Below are positions 1 to 9,869 of a DNA stretch of 36,665 nucleotides, piece by piece. The DNA lies in the NCBI GenBank assembly GCA_947483975.1, contig CANKOL010000007.1:1-36665 (forward strand), given 5' to 3'. This stretch comes from Sandaracinaceae bacterium (GTDB taxonomy: Bacteria; Myxococcota_A; Polyangia; Polyangiales; JADJQN01). Positions within the stretch are counted from its first letter, which is position 1. Each line of letters opens with the position of its first letter. The notes under the pieces are model-generated. The model worked only from the letters and a program-made list of their open reading frames with translations. It ran no database searches and was not told the origin of the DNA. The translations under genes were made by a program, and so were the position numbers.

Positions 1-117
1 CGTCTTGCCATCGAAGGGCAGCGCCGTCGGACCGTGGATCTCGGTGACGTGCGCCTTCGTCGGCTCTGCCTCGAGCTGATCGAGAAAGACCTGAATGAAG
101 GAGCGAGCCTCAGTCAC
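1..117 (-). CDS. 5' portion of a gene running off the left edge; possibly an AMP-binding/acyl-CoA synthetase N-terminus
   Basis: GTG at 117-115 overlaps the TGA of the upstream gene (GTGA). The frame MTEARSFIQVFLDQLEAEPTKAHVTEIHGPTALPFDGKT stays open to position 1. The product is guessed from operon context only. Confidence 0.5.
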   Translation of the reverse strand, partial: MTEARSFIQVFLDQLEAEPTKAHVTEIHGPTALPFDGKT

Positions 118-1733
118 GCGCACGGCTCCGCGACGGCTTCGACGCCTGCGGGGGATGGGCTCGCGGCGCCCGCAGACTGACCATCACGATATCGCGCGAC
201 GAGCGCCGCGACGGCCGGCGGCAGCGAGGGCAAGTGCGCCCACGGGTCGCCGCGCCCGCCGCCGTCGACGCTCCCGAGCCCCGCGCGCAGCGGCATCTCG
301 GGGTGACGCGCGCGGACGAAGTCGACGAGCGTGATGCCCATCTCGCCCATGCGCTCGAGGTTCGTCACGACCGTGCGACCGATGCCGTCCGCGACGGACT
401 CCCCATCTTGCCAGAGCCTCTCGAGCACGGTGCTGACGCCGGACGCCAGCGCCTCGTCCTCGACGCCGAGGCACAGCTCCGGCTGACCGCGGTCGGTCAT
501 CAGGTTGCGAATGCGCTCGTCCATCGTGACGCCCGCCGAGGGCACGAGCCCAGGCATCGAGGTGACGATGGCGTGATAGCGCGACGAGAGCAGCACGCGC
601 GCGCGCCGAATCACGCTGACCATCTCGTACATATCGTGCTTGTCGGACACGATCACCGCGGGCAGCGGGCGCCCGGTGCGCTCGCTGACGAGCGCCGCCA
701 AGGACTCACACGCGCGCCGGTCGAGCTGCTCCATCCCGACGATCACGGGGAAGGCGTCGTGCCGCCCGAGGAACGAGGTGATGCCGTCCGCGAGCTCCGT
801 CAGATAGCGCTGCTGCTTCGTGCGGACGGTCTCGCCGTCCCGATGGAAGTAGAACGAGTCGTAGTGAGACTCCGTGTGTGCGCCGGTGAGCGCCTGCACG
901 ATGCCTTTGCCGACATCGGGCTTCACAGGCCACCAGAACGGGTTGATCGGACAGACGACGAGCACGGGAGTCGTGCCGTTCCAGCCGGCCGCGCGGAGCA
1001 CGCGCTCGCCGACCTCGGGCCCCGCGGGCTCGAAGGTCCACGCCGTGTCGGTGCCCGGCTTGCTGCGCACCCCGAGGTCCGCGAGCACCTCGCCGCTCTC
1101 CTTGTTGCGCACGACGATCAGCGCGTCGCGGCAGTAGGTCCGCACGAGGTCTTGCAGCCCCGGATCCATCGCGCCCGCCTCGCCGCCGTAGCCGATCGCG
1201 AGCTTGTTCTCCGCCGTCGCGATCCCGAGCGCGCCGACCATCATGGTCGAGAGCGCGCTCGCGAACTTGGACTTGAACATCGAGCCTTCGCACGCGATCA
1301 CGCCGTGCACGCGGTGCACCTGCTCGAAGAGGAAGGGCGGGAAAAACTGGGGAAGATGCAGCTGCTCGACGGTGCGAAAGTACCCGCGCGAGAGGGCCGG
1401 ATCGATGGTCAGGAGGGACAGCGCGACGTGCTCGTCTCCGAAGAGAAAGCGCACCTGCCGCACGATCTCCTCGACGCGCACGTCGGCGCCGGTGTTGCGC
1501 GTGCCGCTGTAGCCCGCGAGCAGCAAGCGCAGCGGCTCGCCCGGGTGCCACTGCGCGCCAGGCTCCACCGCGTAACGGCTCGCCGCCGCCTCGATGGTCG
1601 TCGCCATCGTGCGCTGCAAGAGGCGATCAGGGTCGAGTTCGCGGCTCGCGACGTCGATCGCCGCGCGGGCTGCGCGCCCGGCCACCTTCACGAACGAGTC
1701 GAAGAGCGCACTACGAGCACCGCGGTCAGACAC
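114..1733 (-). CDS. Polysaccharide pyruvyl transferase family protein
   Basis: 539 aa; GYSGTRNTGAD near the domain start, IVVRNKES, GTDTAW and SSRYHAIV resemble PS_pyruv_trans/CsaB-type motifs; overlaps both neighbours. Confidence 0.75.
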   Translation of the reverse strand: MSDRGARSALFDSFVKVAGRAARAAIDVASRELDPDRLLQRTMATTIEAAASRYAVEPGAQWHPGEPLRLLLAGYSGTRNTGADVRVEEIVRQVRFLFGDEHVALSLLTIDPALSRGYFRTVEQLHLPQFFPPFLFEQVHRVHGVIACEGSMFKSKFASALSTMMVGALGIATAENKLAIGYGGEAGAMDPGLQDLVRTYCRDALIVVRNKESGEVLADLGVRSKPGTDTAWTFEPAGPEVGERVLRAAGWNGTTPVLVVCPINPFWWPVKPDVGKGIVQALTGAHTESHYDSFYFHRDGETVRTKQQRYLTELADGITSFLGRHDAFPVIVGMEQLDRRACESLAALVSERTGRPLPAVIVSDKHDMYEMVSVIRRARVLLSSRYHAIVTSMPGLVPSAGVTMDERIRNLMTDRGQPELCLGVEDEALASGVSTVLERLWQDGESVADGIGRTVVTNLERMGEMGITLVDFVRARHPEMPLRAGLGSVDGGGRGDPWAHLPSLPPAVAALVARYRDGQSAGAASPSPAGVEAVAEPCA

Positions 1734-2892
1734 TTTGCACCTCTGGGGACTGGGCGAGGACGGGACGCGCGGGCAGCGGCGCGTAGGGATAGGCGAACTC
1801 GTGCTTCTTGGCCCAGCGGTAGAGTTCGGCGCAATACGCGGTGAAGGGCACCGGGGAGGCGCCGATCTCCGAGACGATGCGCGTGTTGTCGAACACCGTG
1901 TCGTAGGTGATGTAGGGCAAGAACACGTGCAGCAGAGAGCCGACGAGCGCGACGCTGCTCTTGCGAGGGAAGCGCATCATCACCTCAGCCGCCGACGCGA
2001 ACGGCTTCTCGGCAGCGCCGACGAAGCGCGGGGCGCGCTTGCCGACCGCGAACGCGAGCTCCCGCGCGATGGCCTCCGCGGGCAGCGACTGCTCCCCCGC
2101 GGCGAGGTGATAAATGTCGTACTTCGGCTGGGCCTTCATGTGGACGGTGGCGATGGCGCGACCGACCCAATCTGCGTTGACGATGTCCTGTCGAGCCTCG
2201 GCGCGCACCGGGACGACGGGCAGATCCGCGAGCACGCAGAACGCGCGCACCATGTCGAATTGCGAGGTCTCTGGGCGCGTGGAGTCGCCCATCACGATGC
2301 TCGGGCGGAAGATCGTCTTCTGCACGCCGGGCAGCAGCACATGCGCCATGTGCTCGCAGAACTTCTTCGTGCGGCCATAGGGGTCGTAGTCCGAGCGGTC
2401 CCAGTCGACCGCGTCGTCCTCTTGCACGGTCTCGCGGTCGCGCTCTCCGCAAACAGCCACCGTCGAGACGTGCGAGTAGCGCCGCAGCCCGCCGCGCGCC
2501 TGAACGTCGCGCGCGAGCTCGATGACCGCGAGCGTCCCGCGGAGGTTGGTGTTGAGACACGCCTTCTCGCTCTTGCGGTTGAGCGAGGCGGCGATGTGCA
2601 GCACCGACTCGACGCTGCGCACGGTGCGCTCGTAGGCGTCCGGCGCAATGCCGAGGCGCAGCTTCGTGCTCGTCAGATCACCGAGCACGAAGTCGATGCG
2701 CGAGATCGCGCTCCAGAATTCGCGCGCGTCCATGTGCAGCTGCAGCGAGCGCCAGAGTTTCTCGGTCGCCTCGCGCTCGTCCTTGCCGCGGACGAGCAGG
2801 GCGAGGCGCAACTCCGGCTGATCGCGGAGCAAACGAGTGACGGTGTAGCCGCCGAGATAGCCGGTCGCGCCGGTGACGAAGACGGTCTTCAC
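1726..2892 (-). CDS. Extended SDR / NAD-dependent (thioester) reductase family protein
   Basis: TGATGYLG Rossmann motif, HIAA, HVST, YGRTK (YxxxK), RPSIV. Start placed at GTG 2892 (GTGA overlap, GGAGG 7 nt upstream) rather than 2898. Confidence 0.8.
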   Translation of the reverse strand: MKTVFVTGATGYLGGYTVTRLLRDQPELRLALLVRGKDEREATEKLWRSLQLHMDAREFWSAISRIDFVLGDLTSTKLRLGIAPDAYERTVRSVESVLHIAASLNRKSEKACLNTNLRGTLAVIELARDVQARGGLRRYSHVSTVAVCGERDRETVQEDDAVDWDRSDYDPYGRTKKFCEHMAHVLLPGVQKTIFRPSIVMGDSTRPETSQFDMVRAFCVLADLPVVPVRAEARQDIVNADWVGRAIATVHMKAQPKYDIYHLAAGEQSLPAEAIARELAFAVGKRAPRFVGAAEKPFASAAEVMMRFPRKSSVALVGSLLHVFLPYITYDTVFDNTRIVSEIGASPVPFTAYCAELYRWAKKHEFAYPYAPLPARPVLAQSPEVQSV

Positions 2893-4667
2893 GCGCACGC
2901 CTCCTCGGCGGTCTGCGCGTTCGTCATGGGGAGTGGTCCGTGGGAGTGCGTCGCCGGGAGGCTCGGCGGGAACTCCGAAGGAGAGGTCGAGCGCGCGAGC
3001 CTGAGGCGAGGCTCGGCCGGCGCGTCATCGGGCACGGTCTTGCCGTTCATCAGGGGCAAGCACCACGTCGCGAGGCCAGGGATCTGCACGTCGAGCCAGT
3101 ACGAGCGCCAGTCGAGGTCGCGCACGTTCCACGCGAAGTGCCCGCGCTCCGACGGCACGAGGCGCGCGCTGAGCGCCTCCATCCTGTCGGTGCGGTACTC
3201 CCAGTCGTGGTCGTGAATGAAGGGCTTGTAGAGCACCAGCATCTGATCGACGCGCCGCAACAGCGTCTCGAGTCCGCTCGTCGCGGAGTGCGCGCGCTCC
3301 TGTGTGCGCGACACCTGCTCGCCAGCGAGCTTGCGCATCGGATAGGGCAGCGCCTCGTCGAGGCGCATCTCGTGGAGCCAGCCGCGCACGCTCTTCGCGT
3401 GCCGACGCAGCGTCGGGATCGAGAGCAGCGAGCGACGCTCGGCGGGGACTGGCACAGCGTCGAGGTAGCGGAAGAGCATCCGCTCGAGGCTGCTCGCGCC
3501 CGGGCGATCGTGGTGTTTGCGCACGCCGAGCGCGGTCAGCTCGACGGCGCGACCGACGGTGAACGGACGCGCGTGCGAGGTGCCCATCTGGACGACCTCT
3601 GGCGCGGTGTCAGCGACCGCGGCGGCGACGACCAGCATCGTGCCCTTGGCGACGTCGTCGACCGGCACGACGTCGAAGCGCACGTCGGGGCGGCACGGCA
3701 ATTCGAAGAACGGGCCCGCGAGCAGCCACACCAGCGGTCCGCTCGTGTTGATGCCCTCGTTCCAGCCCGCGAACGGATAGGTGCGCGCGCACTCGACGAT
3801 GGCCGGACGCACGACGCTCACGCGCACATCGGTGCGCTCGGCGAGCAGCTGCTCCGCGAGCGCCTTCGAGAGCGTGTAGGTGTTCGGGAACGAGAGCTCC
3901 CGCGCGTACACGCCGCCAGCCTCCGCGCGCTCCTTGCGCAGCGCCGCGCCGCGCCGCTCGCTCACCGCCTCGACCGCGTCGGCGCGGGCGAGCAGCGTCT
4001 CGGTCACCGCGCGCACGTCGAAGACGTCGCCGTCGGGCGTGACGCCCCGCGCCGGCAGCTCGTCGATGCGCCCAGCGCGCTTGCCCGCGACGAAGCACGT
4101 CGAGACGTGCACGAGGCGCGGCTCACGCATGCGCGCGGTCACGTCGGCGATGTGCAGCGCGCCGTGCACGTTGACCTCGACGGCGTCCTTCGGGTCCGGC
4201 TCGAAGTCCGTGAGCCCGGCGAAATGCACGACCAAGTCCACGGTCTCGGCCAGCCGCGCGAGCTCGTCCGCGGCGATCCCACAGAGCGGCAGCGAGACAT
4301 CCCCCGCGACGACGTCGAGCTTCTCGTCGAGGTACGCGCCGAGGCGCGCGCCGTGCGTGGCGCGCAGCGGTCGGAGCGCCGGCGAGGTGGCCGCGATCTT
4401 CTCGAAGCGCGCCGTCGCGGCGACCGTCGGATCACCCTTCGAGCGGCGCGGCGGCCGCACGAGCACCGACACTCGGCCGACCTCCGGCACGAGGTCGAGC
4501 AGCATCCCGAGCCAGGTCTTGCCGAGAAAGCCCGTCACGCCCGTGACGAGCAGGTGCTTGCCCGCGAGCGCGCCGTGCACGGAGAGCTCGCGCACCGTGC
4601 TCTCCGTCGCGTGGAGATTCGCCTGAATGTTCGTGCTTCCGTTCGTCTTCATCGTCGTCGCCTTCAC
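2889..4667 (-). CDS. Fatty acyl-CoA reductase-like protein (NAD_binding_4 plus C-terminal Sterile-like domain)
   Basis: TGVTGFLGK, HVST, PNTYTLSKALAE, VRPAIV, DVVPVD and C-terminal DWRSYW..QIPGL are typical FAR motifs; GTGA overlap with the upstream HAD gene. Confidence 0.82.
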   Translation of the reverse strand: MKATTMKTNGSTNIQANLHATESTVRELSVHGALAGKHLLVTGVTGFLGKTWLGMLLDLVPEVGRVSVLVRPPRRSKGDPTVAATARFEKIAATSPALRPLRATHGARLGAYLDEKLDVVAGDVSLPLCGIAADELARLAETVDLVVHFAGLTDFEPDPKDAVEVNVHGALHIADVTARMREPRLVHVSTCFVAGKRAGRIDELPARGVTPDGDVFDVRAVTETLLARADAVEAVSERRGAALRKERAEAGGVYARELSFPNTYTLSKALAEQLLAERTDVRVSVVRPAIVECARTYPFAGWNEGINTSGPLVWLLAGPFFELPCRPDVRFDVVPVDDVAKGTMLVVAAAVADTAPEVVQMGTSHARPFTVGRAVELTALGVRKHHDRPGASSLERMLFRYLDAVPVPAERRSLLSIPTLRRHAKSVRGWLHEMRLDEALPYPMRKLAGEQVSRTQERAHSATSGLETLLRRVDQMLVLYKPFIHDHDWEYRTDRMEALSARLVPSERGHFAWNVRDLDWRSYWLDVQIPGLATWCLPLMNGKTVPDDAPAEPRLRLARSTSPSEFPPSLPATHSHGPLPMTNAQTAEEACA

Positions 4668-5323
4668 GCTTCCACCACAGGCCAGCCGTTGTCGCGCGCG
4701 AGCCGGCGCAGGGCGCGGTCGGGCGTGACCGCGCAGGCATGACCGACCGCCGAGAGGAGCAGCCCGTCGCCGCCGCTCGCGCCGTAGACGAACGAGCGCT
4801 CGAGGTCGATGCCGCGCTGCTTCGCGAACTCGCGCGCCCAGTTGCCCGCGAGCTGACCGCCGATGAACGGGTCACAGAGCCGCCCCGTGGCGCGCTGCTC
4901 CGCGTTCATCTCCGCGCGGTTCGCGACGACGTCCTCGGGGGGCACGCCGAGCGAGCGCGCGAGCGGACCGACGACGACGTCGAGCGACTCGCTGACGAGC
5001 ACGATGCGGTGCTTGCGCGCACGCGACTCGGCGAGCAGCTGCCGCGCGACCTCCTTCACGTCGGGGACGAGGTACTTCTCGCCGTACTCCTCGCCGAGCA
5101 CGACGAGGCGGTCCTCGCTCATGCCGCGCAGCCCCATCCAAGCGACGCGCGCGGCGAGCGTGCGGTCACCGCCGAGCCCGAGCGGGAACGCCGCCGCGAC
5201 CCCTCCGAGCCGCCAGAGGCGGTCACGAACGTGTTGCGCATTTGCCACGAGGTACGCCGCCGCCGCGATGGCTGGCCGACCGACGATCGCACCCTCGACT
5301 CGATAGAACGCCGCTGTGTCCAT
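4664..5323 (-). CDS. HAD-IB (SerB-like) family protein with degenerate catalytic motifs
   Basis: Overall HAD-IB layout (AAFY..EG, IVLVS.S, ATGRL..P, IDL.RSFVYG.S..D..LL..VG.A.AV.PD..L...AR..GWPV), but motif I reads YRVEG instead of DxD. Confidence 0.75.
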   Translation of the reverse strand: MDTAAFYRVEGAIVGRPAIAAAAYLVANAQHVRDRLWRLGGVAAAFPLGLGGDRTLAARVAWMGLRGMSEDRLVVLGEEYGEKYLVPDVKEVARQLLAESRARKHRIVLVSESLDVVVGPLARSLGVPPEDVVANRAEMNAEQRATGRLCDPFIGGQLAGNWAREFAKQRGIDLERSFVYGASGGDGLLLSAVGHACAVTPDRALRRLARDNGWPVVEA

Positions 5324-5348
5324 GGGGGACGACGGCTAGCACAGACTA

Positions 5349-5364
5349 GACTGGCATGTCAGTC
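5349..5364. promoter_or_regulatory. Candidate operator palindrome upstream of the lipid operon
   Basis: GACTGGCATGTCAGTC is a 16-bp palindrome with one mismatched pair, 25 nt upstream of the HAD start codon in a short intergenic region. Confidence 0.45.
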
Positions 5365-5395
5365 CTTTTCGAGTCGGGGCAAAGCAGCGCTGTAA

Positions 5396-5911
5396 TCATT
5401 GACCTTTTTCGTGACGCTCCGCAGCATCGCGGACCAGTGTCACGAAACAAACATCAATTTCTGACGCCGAGGGGCGCCGCTCGGCCTCCCGGAAGAGGCT
5501 CCGGTCGAGGGCTGGAAAGCGCACATCGCCCTGCACGTCGCGGTCGATCTCGGTGACGTAGACGGTCGTCGCGAGCGGCAGCGCCTCCGCGTAGAGCGCC
5601 GCGCCGCCGATGACGAACGGCTCAGGGTCGGTGAGGCGCGCGGCGGCGAGCGCAGCGGCGAGGGACGGGAACACCTCGACGCCCGCGGGGGCGTCTCGCA
5701 GCGTGCGCGAGACGACGAGGTTGCGGCGGTTCGGCAGCGCGCGCCCGATCGAGGCGAAGGTGCGGCGCCCCATCACGATCGCGTGCCCCGTGGTCAGGCG
5801 CTTGAAGTGCTGCAGATCCTCCGGGAGATGCCAAGGCAGCGCGCCCTCACGGCCGATGACGCCGTCGCGCGCGACCGCGACGATGAGCGAGAGCGGGAGC
5901 AGGTCGGTCAT
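5396..5911 (-). CDS. folA: Dihydrofolate reductase
   Basis: LIVAVARDGVIG, LPWHLPEDLQHFK, IVMGRRTFASI, LPNRRNLVVSR, VIGGA; start trimmed to ATG 5911. Confidence 0.96.
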   Translation of the reverse strand: MTDLLPLSLIVAVARDGVIGREGALPWHLPEDLQHFKRLTTGHAIVMGRRTFASIGRALPNRRNLVVSRTLRDAPAGVEVFPSLAAALAAARLTDPEPFVIGGAALYAEALPLATTVYVTEIDRDVQGDVRFPALDRSLFREAERRPSASEIDVCFVTLVRDAAERHEKGQ

Positions 5912-5950
5912 GGGTCGCGCGAGCCTAGCAGCGCGCGCTAACATCGCCCC

Positions 5951-6976
5951 ATGCGCCTCTTCGTCACGCTCGCCTCGCTCCTCGCCGCGGTGCTCCTCCC
6001 GTCGCTCGCCCGCGCGCAGGCGTCGCTCCCGGTCTCCGTGCAGGTCACCGAGCTGGTCGACCTCGAGCGGGCGCAGCCGAGCTTCACCGTCACGGTCAGC
6101 GGGGACATCCGCGGGCTGCGCCTCGCCGTGCGCGAAGCCGGGCGCTCCGTCCTCACGCGTCCGCTCGGCAACGTGCGCAGCGGCACGACGCGCGTCGTAG
6201 GCTTTCGCGTGCAGCCCGGCGTGCACGTCTATGCGGTCGAGGTCTCGGGGCAGACGAGCGAGGGGCGCGCGCGCCTCACCTTCGAGACGACCGTCACCGC
6301 CTCGCGCGGCTTGCAGATCTTGCTCCGCAAAGAGGACGTGGATCTCGAGCGGCGCTCGATGCGCTTCACGCTGACCAACCCCGCGGCGCGCGCGGTGCTG
6401 ACGATCCTCGACGGCGCGGGCTCACAGATGCACGCGGGCACGACGGACCTCGGCGGTGCCGCGCCGAACACTCCGCTCAGCGTCACCTGGCCGGCGCTCC
6501 AGCGCGCGGCGGGCAAGCTGACGATTCGCGTGTTCGACACCTCGGACTCGTGGACCGAGATGGAGGTCGTGCCGTTCAGCGTGCAGATCCCGCACGAGGA
6601 CGTCGCGTTCGAGACGGCGAGCGACGTCGTGCGCCCGACCGAGGAGCCGAAGCTCGAGGCGGCATATCAGCGCATCCTCGCGGCGGTGCGCGAGCACGGC
6701 GCCGACCTGCAGGCGAAGCTCTACGTGCTCGGCTACACGGACACCGTCGGCAGCCCGGCGGACAATCAGCGCCTCTCCGAGCGGCGCGCGCTCTCCATCG
6801 CGCGCTGGTTCCGACGCCGGGGCGGGCTCGCGATCGGAGTGCTCGCGCGTGGGCTCGGCGAGACCTCGCTCGCGGTGTCCACGCCCGACAACACCGACGA
6901 GGCGCGCAACCGCCGCGCGGAGTACATCGTCGGCGCGCAGCCGCCGATCGCGGGCGCGTTTCAGTCGGTGCCGTGA
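5951..6976 (+). CDS. Secreted OmpA/MotB C-terminal domain protein
   Basis: N-terminal signal peptide (ARA-Q); C-terminal GYTDTVG..DNQRLSERRA and ARNRRAEY peptidoglycan-binding motifs. Confidence 0.88.
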   Translation: MRLFVTLASLLAAVLLPSLARAQASLPVSVQVTELVDLERAQPSFTVTVSGDIRGLRLAVREAGRSVLTRPLGNVRSGTTRVVGFRVQPGVHVYAVEVSGQTSEGRARLTFETTVTASRGLQILLRKEDVDLERRSMRFTLTNPAARAVLTILDGAGSQMHAGTTDLGGAAPNTPLSVTWPALQRAAGKLTIRVFDTSDSWTEMEVVPFSVQIPHEDVAFETASDVVRPTEEPKLEAAYQRILAAVREHGADLQAKLYVLGYTDTVGSPADNQRLSERRALSIARWFRRRGGLAIGVLARGLGETSLAVSTPDNTDEARNRRAEYIVGAQPPIAGAFQSVP

Positions 6977-6988
6977 GCGCGCGGCGGG

Positions 6989-7831
6989 CTAGACGCTGAC
7001 CTCCGCCTTGATGTGCGGGTGTGGGTCGTAGCCCTCGAGCGCGAAGTGCTCGAAGCGGAAGTCGAAGAGCGACTTGACCGAAGGGTCGAGGGTCATGCGA
7101 GGCAAGGCGCGGGGCGCGCGCGTCAGCTGAAGGCGCGCCTGCTCGACGTGGTTCTTGTAGAGATGGACGTCGCCGAAGGTGTGCACGAATTCGCCCGGCA
7201 CGAGCCCCGTGATGTGCGCGAGCATCTGCGTCAGCAGCGCGTAGCTCGCGAGGTTGAAGGGCACGCCGAGGAAGAAGTCCGCCGAGCGCTGGTAGAGCTG
7301 ACAGCTGAGCGCGCCGTCCTGCACGTAGAGCTGAAAGAGCGTGTGACACGGCGGGAGCGCGACCTCGTCGGCCTCGCGCGGGTTCCAGCCGGTGACGATC
7401 AGGCGGCGGCTGCTCGGGTTGACGCGAAGCTGCTCGACGAGGCGCGCGAGCTGATCGACACCGTCGCTCGCGTAGCTGCCGTCGGCGCGCTTGGTCGCGC
7501 CAAAATTGCGCCACTGATGGCCATAGACGGGCCCGAGATCGCCCGCCGCGCGACCGAAGCGCGCCGTCTGCTCGGGCGTCGCCCACTCGTCCCAGATGCG
7601 CACTCCCGCCGCTTGCAGCGACGCGACGTGCGTGTCGCCCCGCAAGAACCAGAGCAGCTCGTGGATGATCGACTTCGTGTGCAGCTTCTTCGTCGTCAGC
7701 AGCGGAAAGCCGTCCTGCAGATCGAAGCGAAGCTGCGCGCCGAAGAGACCGAGCGTGCCAGTGCCGGTGCGGTCTTCGCGCTCACGCCCGCGCTCGAGCA
7801 GCGCGGACAGGAGCTCCAGATACTGCCGCAT
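6989..7831 (-). CDS. thyA: Thymidylate synthase
   Basis: [60 protein letters not shown]; start trimmed to ATG 7831. Confidence 0.98.
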   Translation of the reverse strand: MRQYLELLSALLERGREREDRTGTGTLGLFGAQLRFDLQDGFPLLTTKKLHTKSIIHELLWFLRGDTHVASLQAAGVRIWDEWATPEQTARFGRAAGDLGPVYGHQWRNFGATKRADGSYASDGVDQLARLVEQLRVNPSSRRLIVTGWNPREADEVALPPCHTLFQLYVQDGALSCQLYQRSADFFLGVPFNLASYALLTQMLAHITGLVPGEFVHTFGDVHLYKNHVEQARLQLTRAPRALPRMTLDPSVKSLFDFRFEHFALEGYDPHPHIKAEVSV

Positions 7832-7833
7832 CG

Positions 7834-9855
7834 CTAGGGCGCCGGAGACGTGGGCACGTCGTCGCCCACCGGCTGCGCGCCTTGCACCACGCGATAGCGG
7901 TGTCCGGCGGGTACGGTGAACGTCTCGCTCGTGAGCGCCGCGTCGGGCCAGCGCACGGTGACGCTCGCCTCGCAGCTCGCGCCGAGGCCCGCGTGCACGA
8001 TCAGGTCGTTCTGCGCGCCGTAGTGCCCGTAGCCGCCGCCGACCTCGAAGGTCTGCGTCGTGCCGCCCGCCGTCACGGACACGCGCGCGCCGATCGCGCC
8101 GTGGTTCGTGCCGGTCGCGCCGACCAACGCGAGCTGCACGAAGTTCTGCCGAGGCGAGATGTTCTCGAAGTAGCGCACCTGCGTCGTCGCGTAGCAGTCG
8201 TCGGGCCCGGTCGCGTCGCAGCGCGCGCGCGAGTGCCCGACGATCACGTCGAGGTCCCCATCGCGATCGAAGTCCGCGACGACCACGCCATGGCTGCGGT
8301 GGTGATCGATGCCCAGCTCGATCGGCACCGACTCGAACTGCCCCGGCGTGCTCTGGTGATAGAGCATCCCGTGGTTGCCCGCGTAGTCGGAGCCGCCGAG
8401 GTAGAAGTCGCGCCAGCCGTCGCCGTCGAAGTCGAGCACGGCGGCCGTCATGATGCCCTCGTCCCAGCCGCCACCGCCCGTGTGCGGCACATCCCAGCCC
8501 TGCGACGCGCGCCCCGGGCGCTCGAAGCGGACGTCGGGCTCCCCGGTGTTGATCAGCCACTCGGCGCGGTCGGCGCCCTCGCCTGCCCACCAGTGCTGGA
8601 TCTCGGTCGTCAGCAGGTCGGTGTCGCCGTCGTTGTCGATGTCGGCGCAGACCGTCGTGCCGGAGTTGCCCCCGAGGCGGAACGGGTTGCGGTCTTGATC
8701 GTGAGTCCAGCTCGGGGGAGTCGGGCAAGTCAGCGCGGGCGCGGGCACGTCCGCGCAGCCGTCCGCCGTGCGATTCGCGGCGCAGTAGCAGCGGGCAAAC
8801 TGGTTGTCGGACCACGCCTGATCGGCGTCGAACGCGTAGCCCGAGACGACGCTACGGTTGGTGAAGCTGAGCGCGCCGTCGGCGCCGCGCGCGCCCTGGA
8901 AGAGCAGGTTCGGCGCCCGCCCGTAGCTCGCCGCGAGGAGCTCCGTGGTGCCGTCGCCGTTGAGATCGCAGGCGGCCGCGGACCAAGAGCGTGCGTGCGC
9001 GAGGCCGTTGTCGAGCGCGCTGATGGCGCTCCAGCGCTGTGTGGTGAGCCCGGACGCGTCGGTGATGTCGGTGAAGGAGCCGGTGCCGTCGCCGCGATAG
9101 AGTCGCGACTGCGCGCCGGGCACGTCGCCGCCGTTCTCCGCGACCCAGAGATCGAGGTGCCCGTCGCGATCGGCGTCGATGAACGAAGCGCCCGCGGGGG
9201 TGTCGGCGCCCGTGAGGCGGAGCGCGCTCCCCTCCGGCCCGAGCACGAAGTGGCCCGTGCCGTCGTTGAGCAGCAGCTCGCTCGTCTCACCGAGCACGGC
9301 GACGGGGTCGGTGCGCGTCAGGCCCTGATAGACGTCGAGGTCGCCGTCCTCGTCCACGTCGCCGAACGCCCAGACCTCGCCCGGCCGACCGACGCCGGGC
9401 GCCTGCGGCAGGCGCGGCGTGCGGATGCCGGAGCTCTCCGTGACGTCCTCGAAGGTGCCGTCTCCGCGGTTGCGGAGCAGCCAAGTGACGCGAGTCCCCA
9501 TCACGAAGTCGTCGTGCCCGGTGCCGACCGCGCGAATCGCGAGATCGACGAAGCCATCTCCGTTGAAGTCGATCGCGTTGATCCGCTGCCCGAGCGCGCC
9601 CGCCTCGACGAGGCCGCTCGTCGCCGTCGCGTCGCGAAAGACGGGCCGTACGCCGTCCCAGGGAGTCGCGGCCGGATCGCACACGGCGACCGGCGCGCAG
9701 AGTCCGTCGGACGCGCCGCACGTATAGCCGGAGTCACAGCTGACAGCGGCGCAGCGGTCGACGGGCGGCGCGTCATCATCGCCGCACGCACAGAGAAACA
9801 GGGCGCAGAGGCCGAATCCGAGCGACACCGAGCGAACGGTTGCGGTGAGAAGCAT
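7834..9855 (-). CDS. CRTAC1-like lipoprotein with FG-GAP/VCBS repeats and ASPIC/UnbV domain
   Basis: Lipobox LCAC-GDDD; repeated D-x-D/N-x-DG-x-x-D motifs ([54 protein letters not shown]); C-terminal AIGARV...GGYG...HAGLG...VRWP. Confidence 0.88.
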   Translation of the reverse strand: MLLTATVRSVSLGFGLCALFLCACGDDDAPPVDRCAAVSCDSGYTCGASDGLCAPVAVCDPAATPWDGVRPVFRDATATSGLVEAGALGQRINAIDFNGDGFVDLAIRAVGTGHDDFVMGTRVTWLLRNRGDGTFEDVTESSGIRTPRLPQAPGVGRPGEVWAFGDVDEDGDLDVYQGLTRTDPVAVLGETSELLLNDGTGHFVLGPEGSALRLTGADTPAGASFIDADRDGHLDLWVAENGGDVPGAQSRLYRGDGTGSFTDITDASGLTTQRWSAISALDNGLAHARSWSAAACDLNGDGTTELLAASYGRAPNLLFQGARGADGALSFTNRSVVSGYAFDADQAWSDNQFARCYCAANRTADGCADVPAPALTCPTPPSWTHDQDRNPFRLGGNSGTTVCADIDNDGDTDLLTTEIQHWWAGEGADRAEWLINTGEPDVRFERPGRASQGWDVPHTGGGGWDEGIMTAAVLDFDGDGWRDFYLGGSDYAGNHGMLYHQSTPGQFESVPIELGIDHHRSHGVVVADFDRDGDLDVIVGHSRARCDATGPDDCYATTQVRYFENISPRQNFVQLALVGATGTNHGAIGARVSVTAGGTTQTFEVGGGYGHYGAQNDLIVHAGLGASCEASVTVRWPDAALTSETFTVPAGHRYRVVQGAQPVGDDVPTSPAP

Positions 9856-9869
9856 GGGCCGATGGTAGC

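Noticed and set aside
6989..8815. 608-aa extended ThyA fusion
   Set aside because: The extension overlaps the CRTAC1-like gene in another frame and is Arg-rich; ThyA homology starts at ATG 7831.
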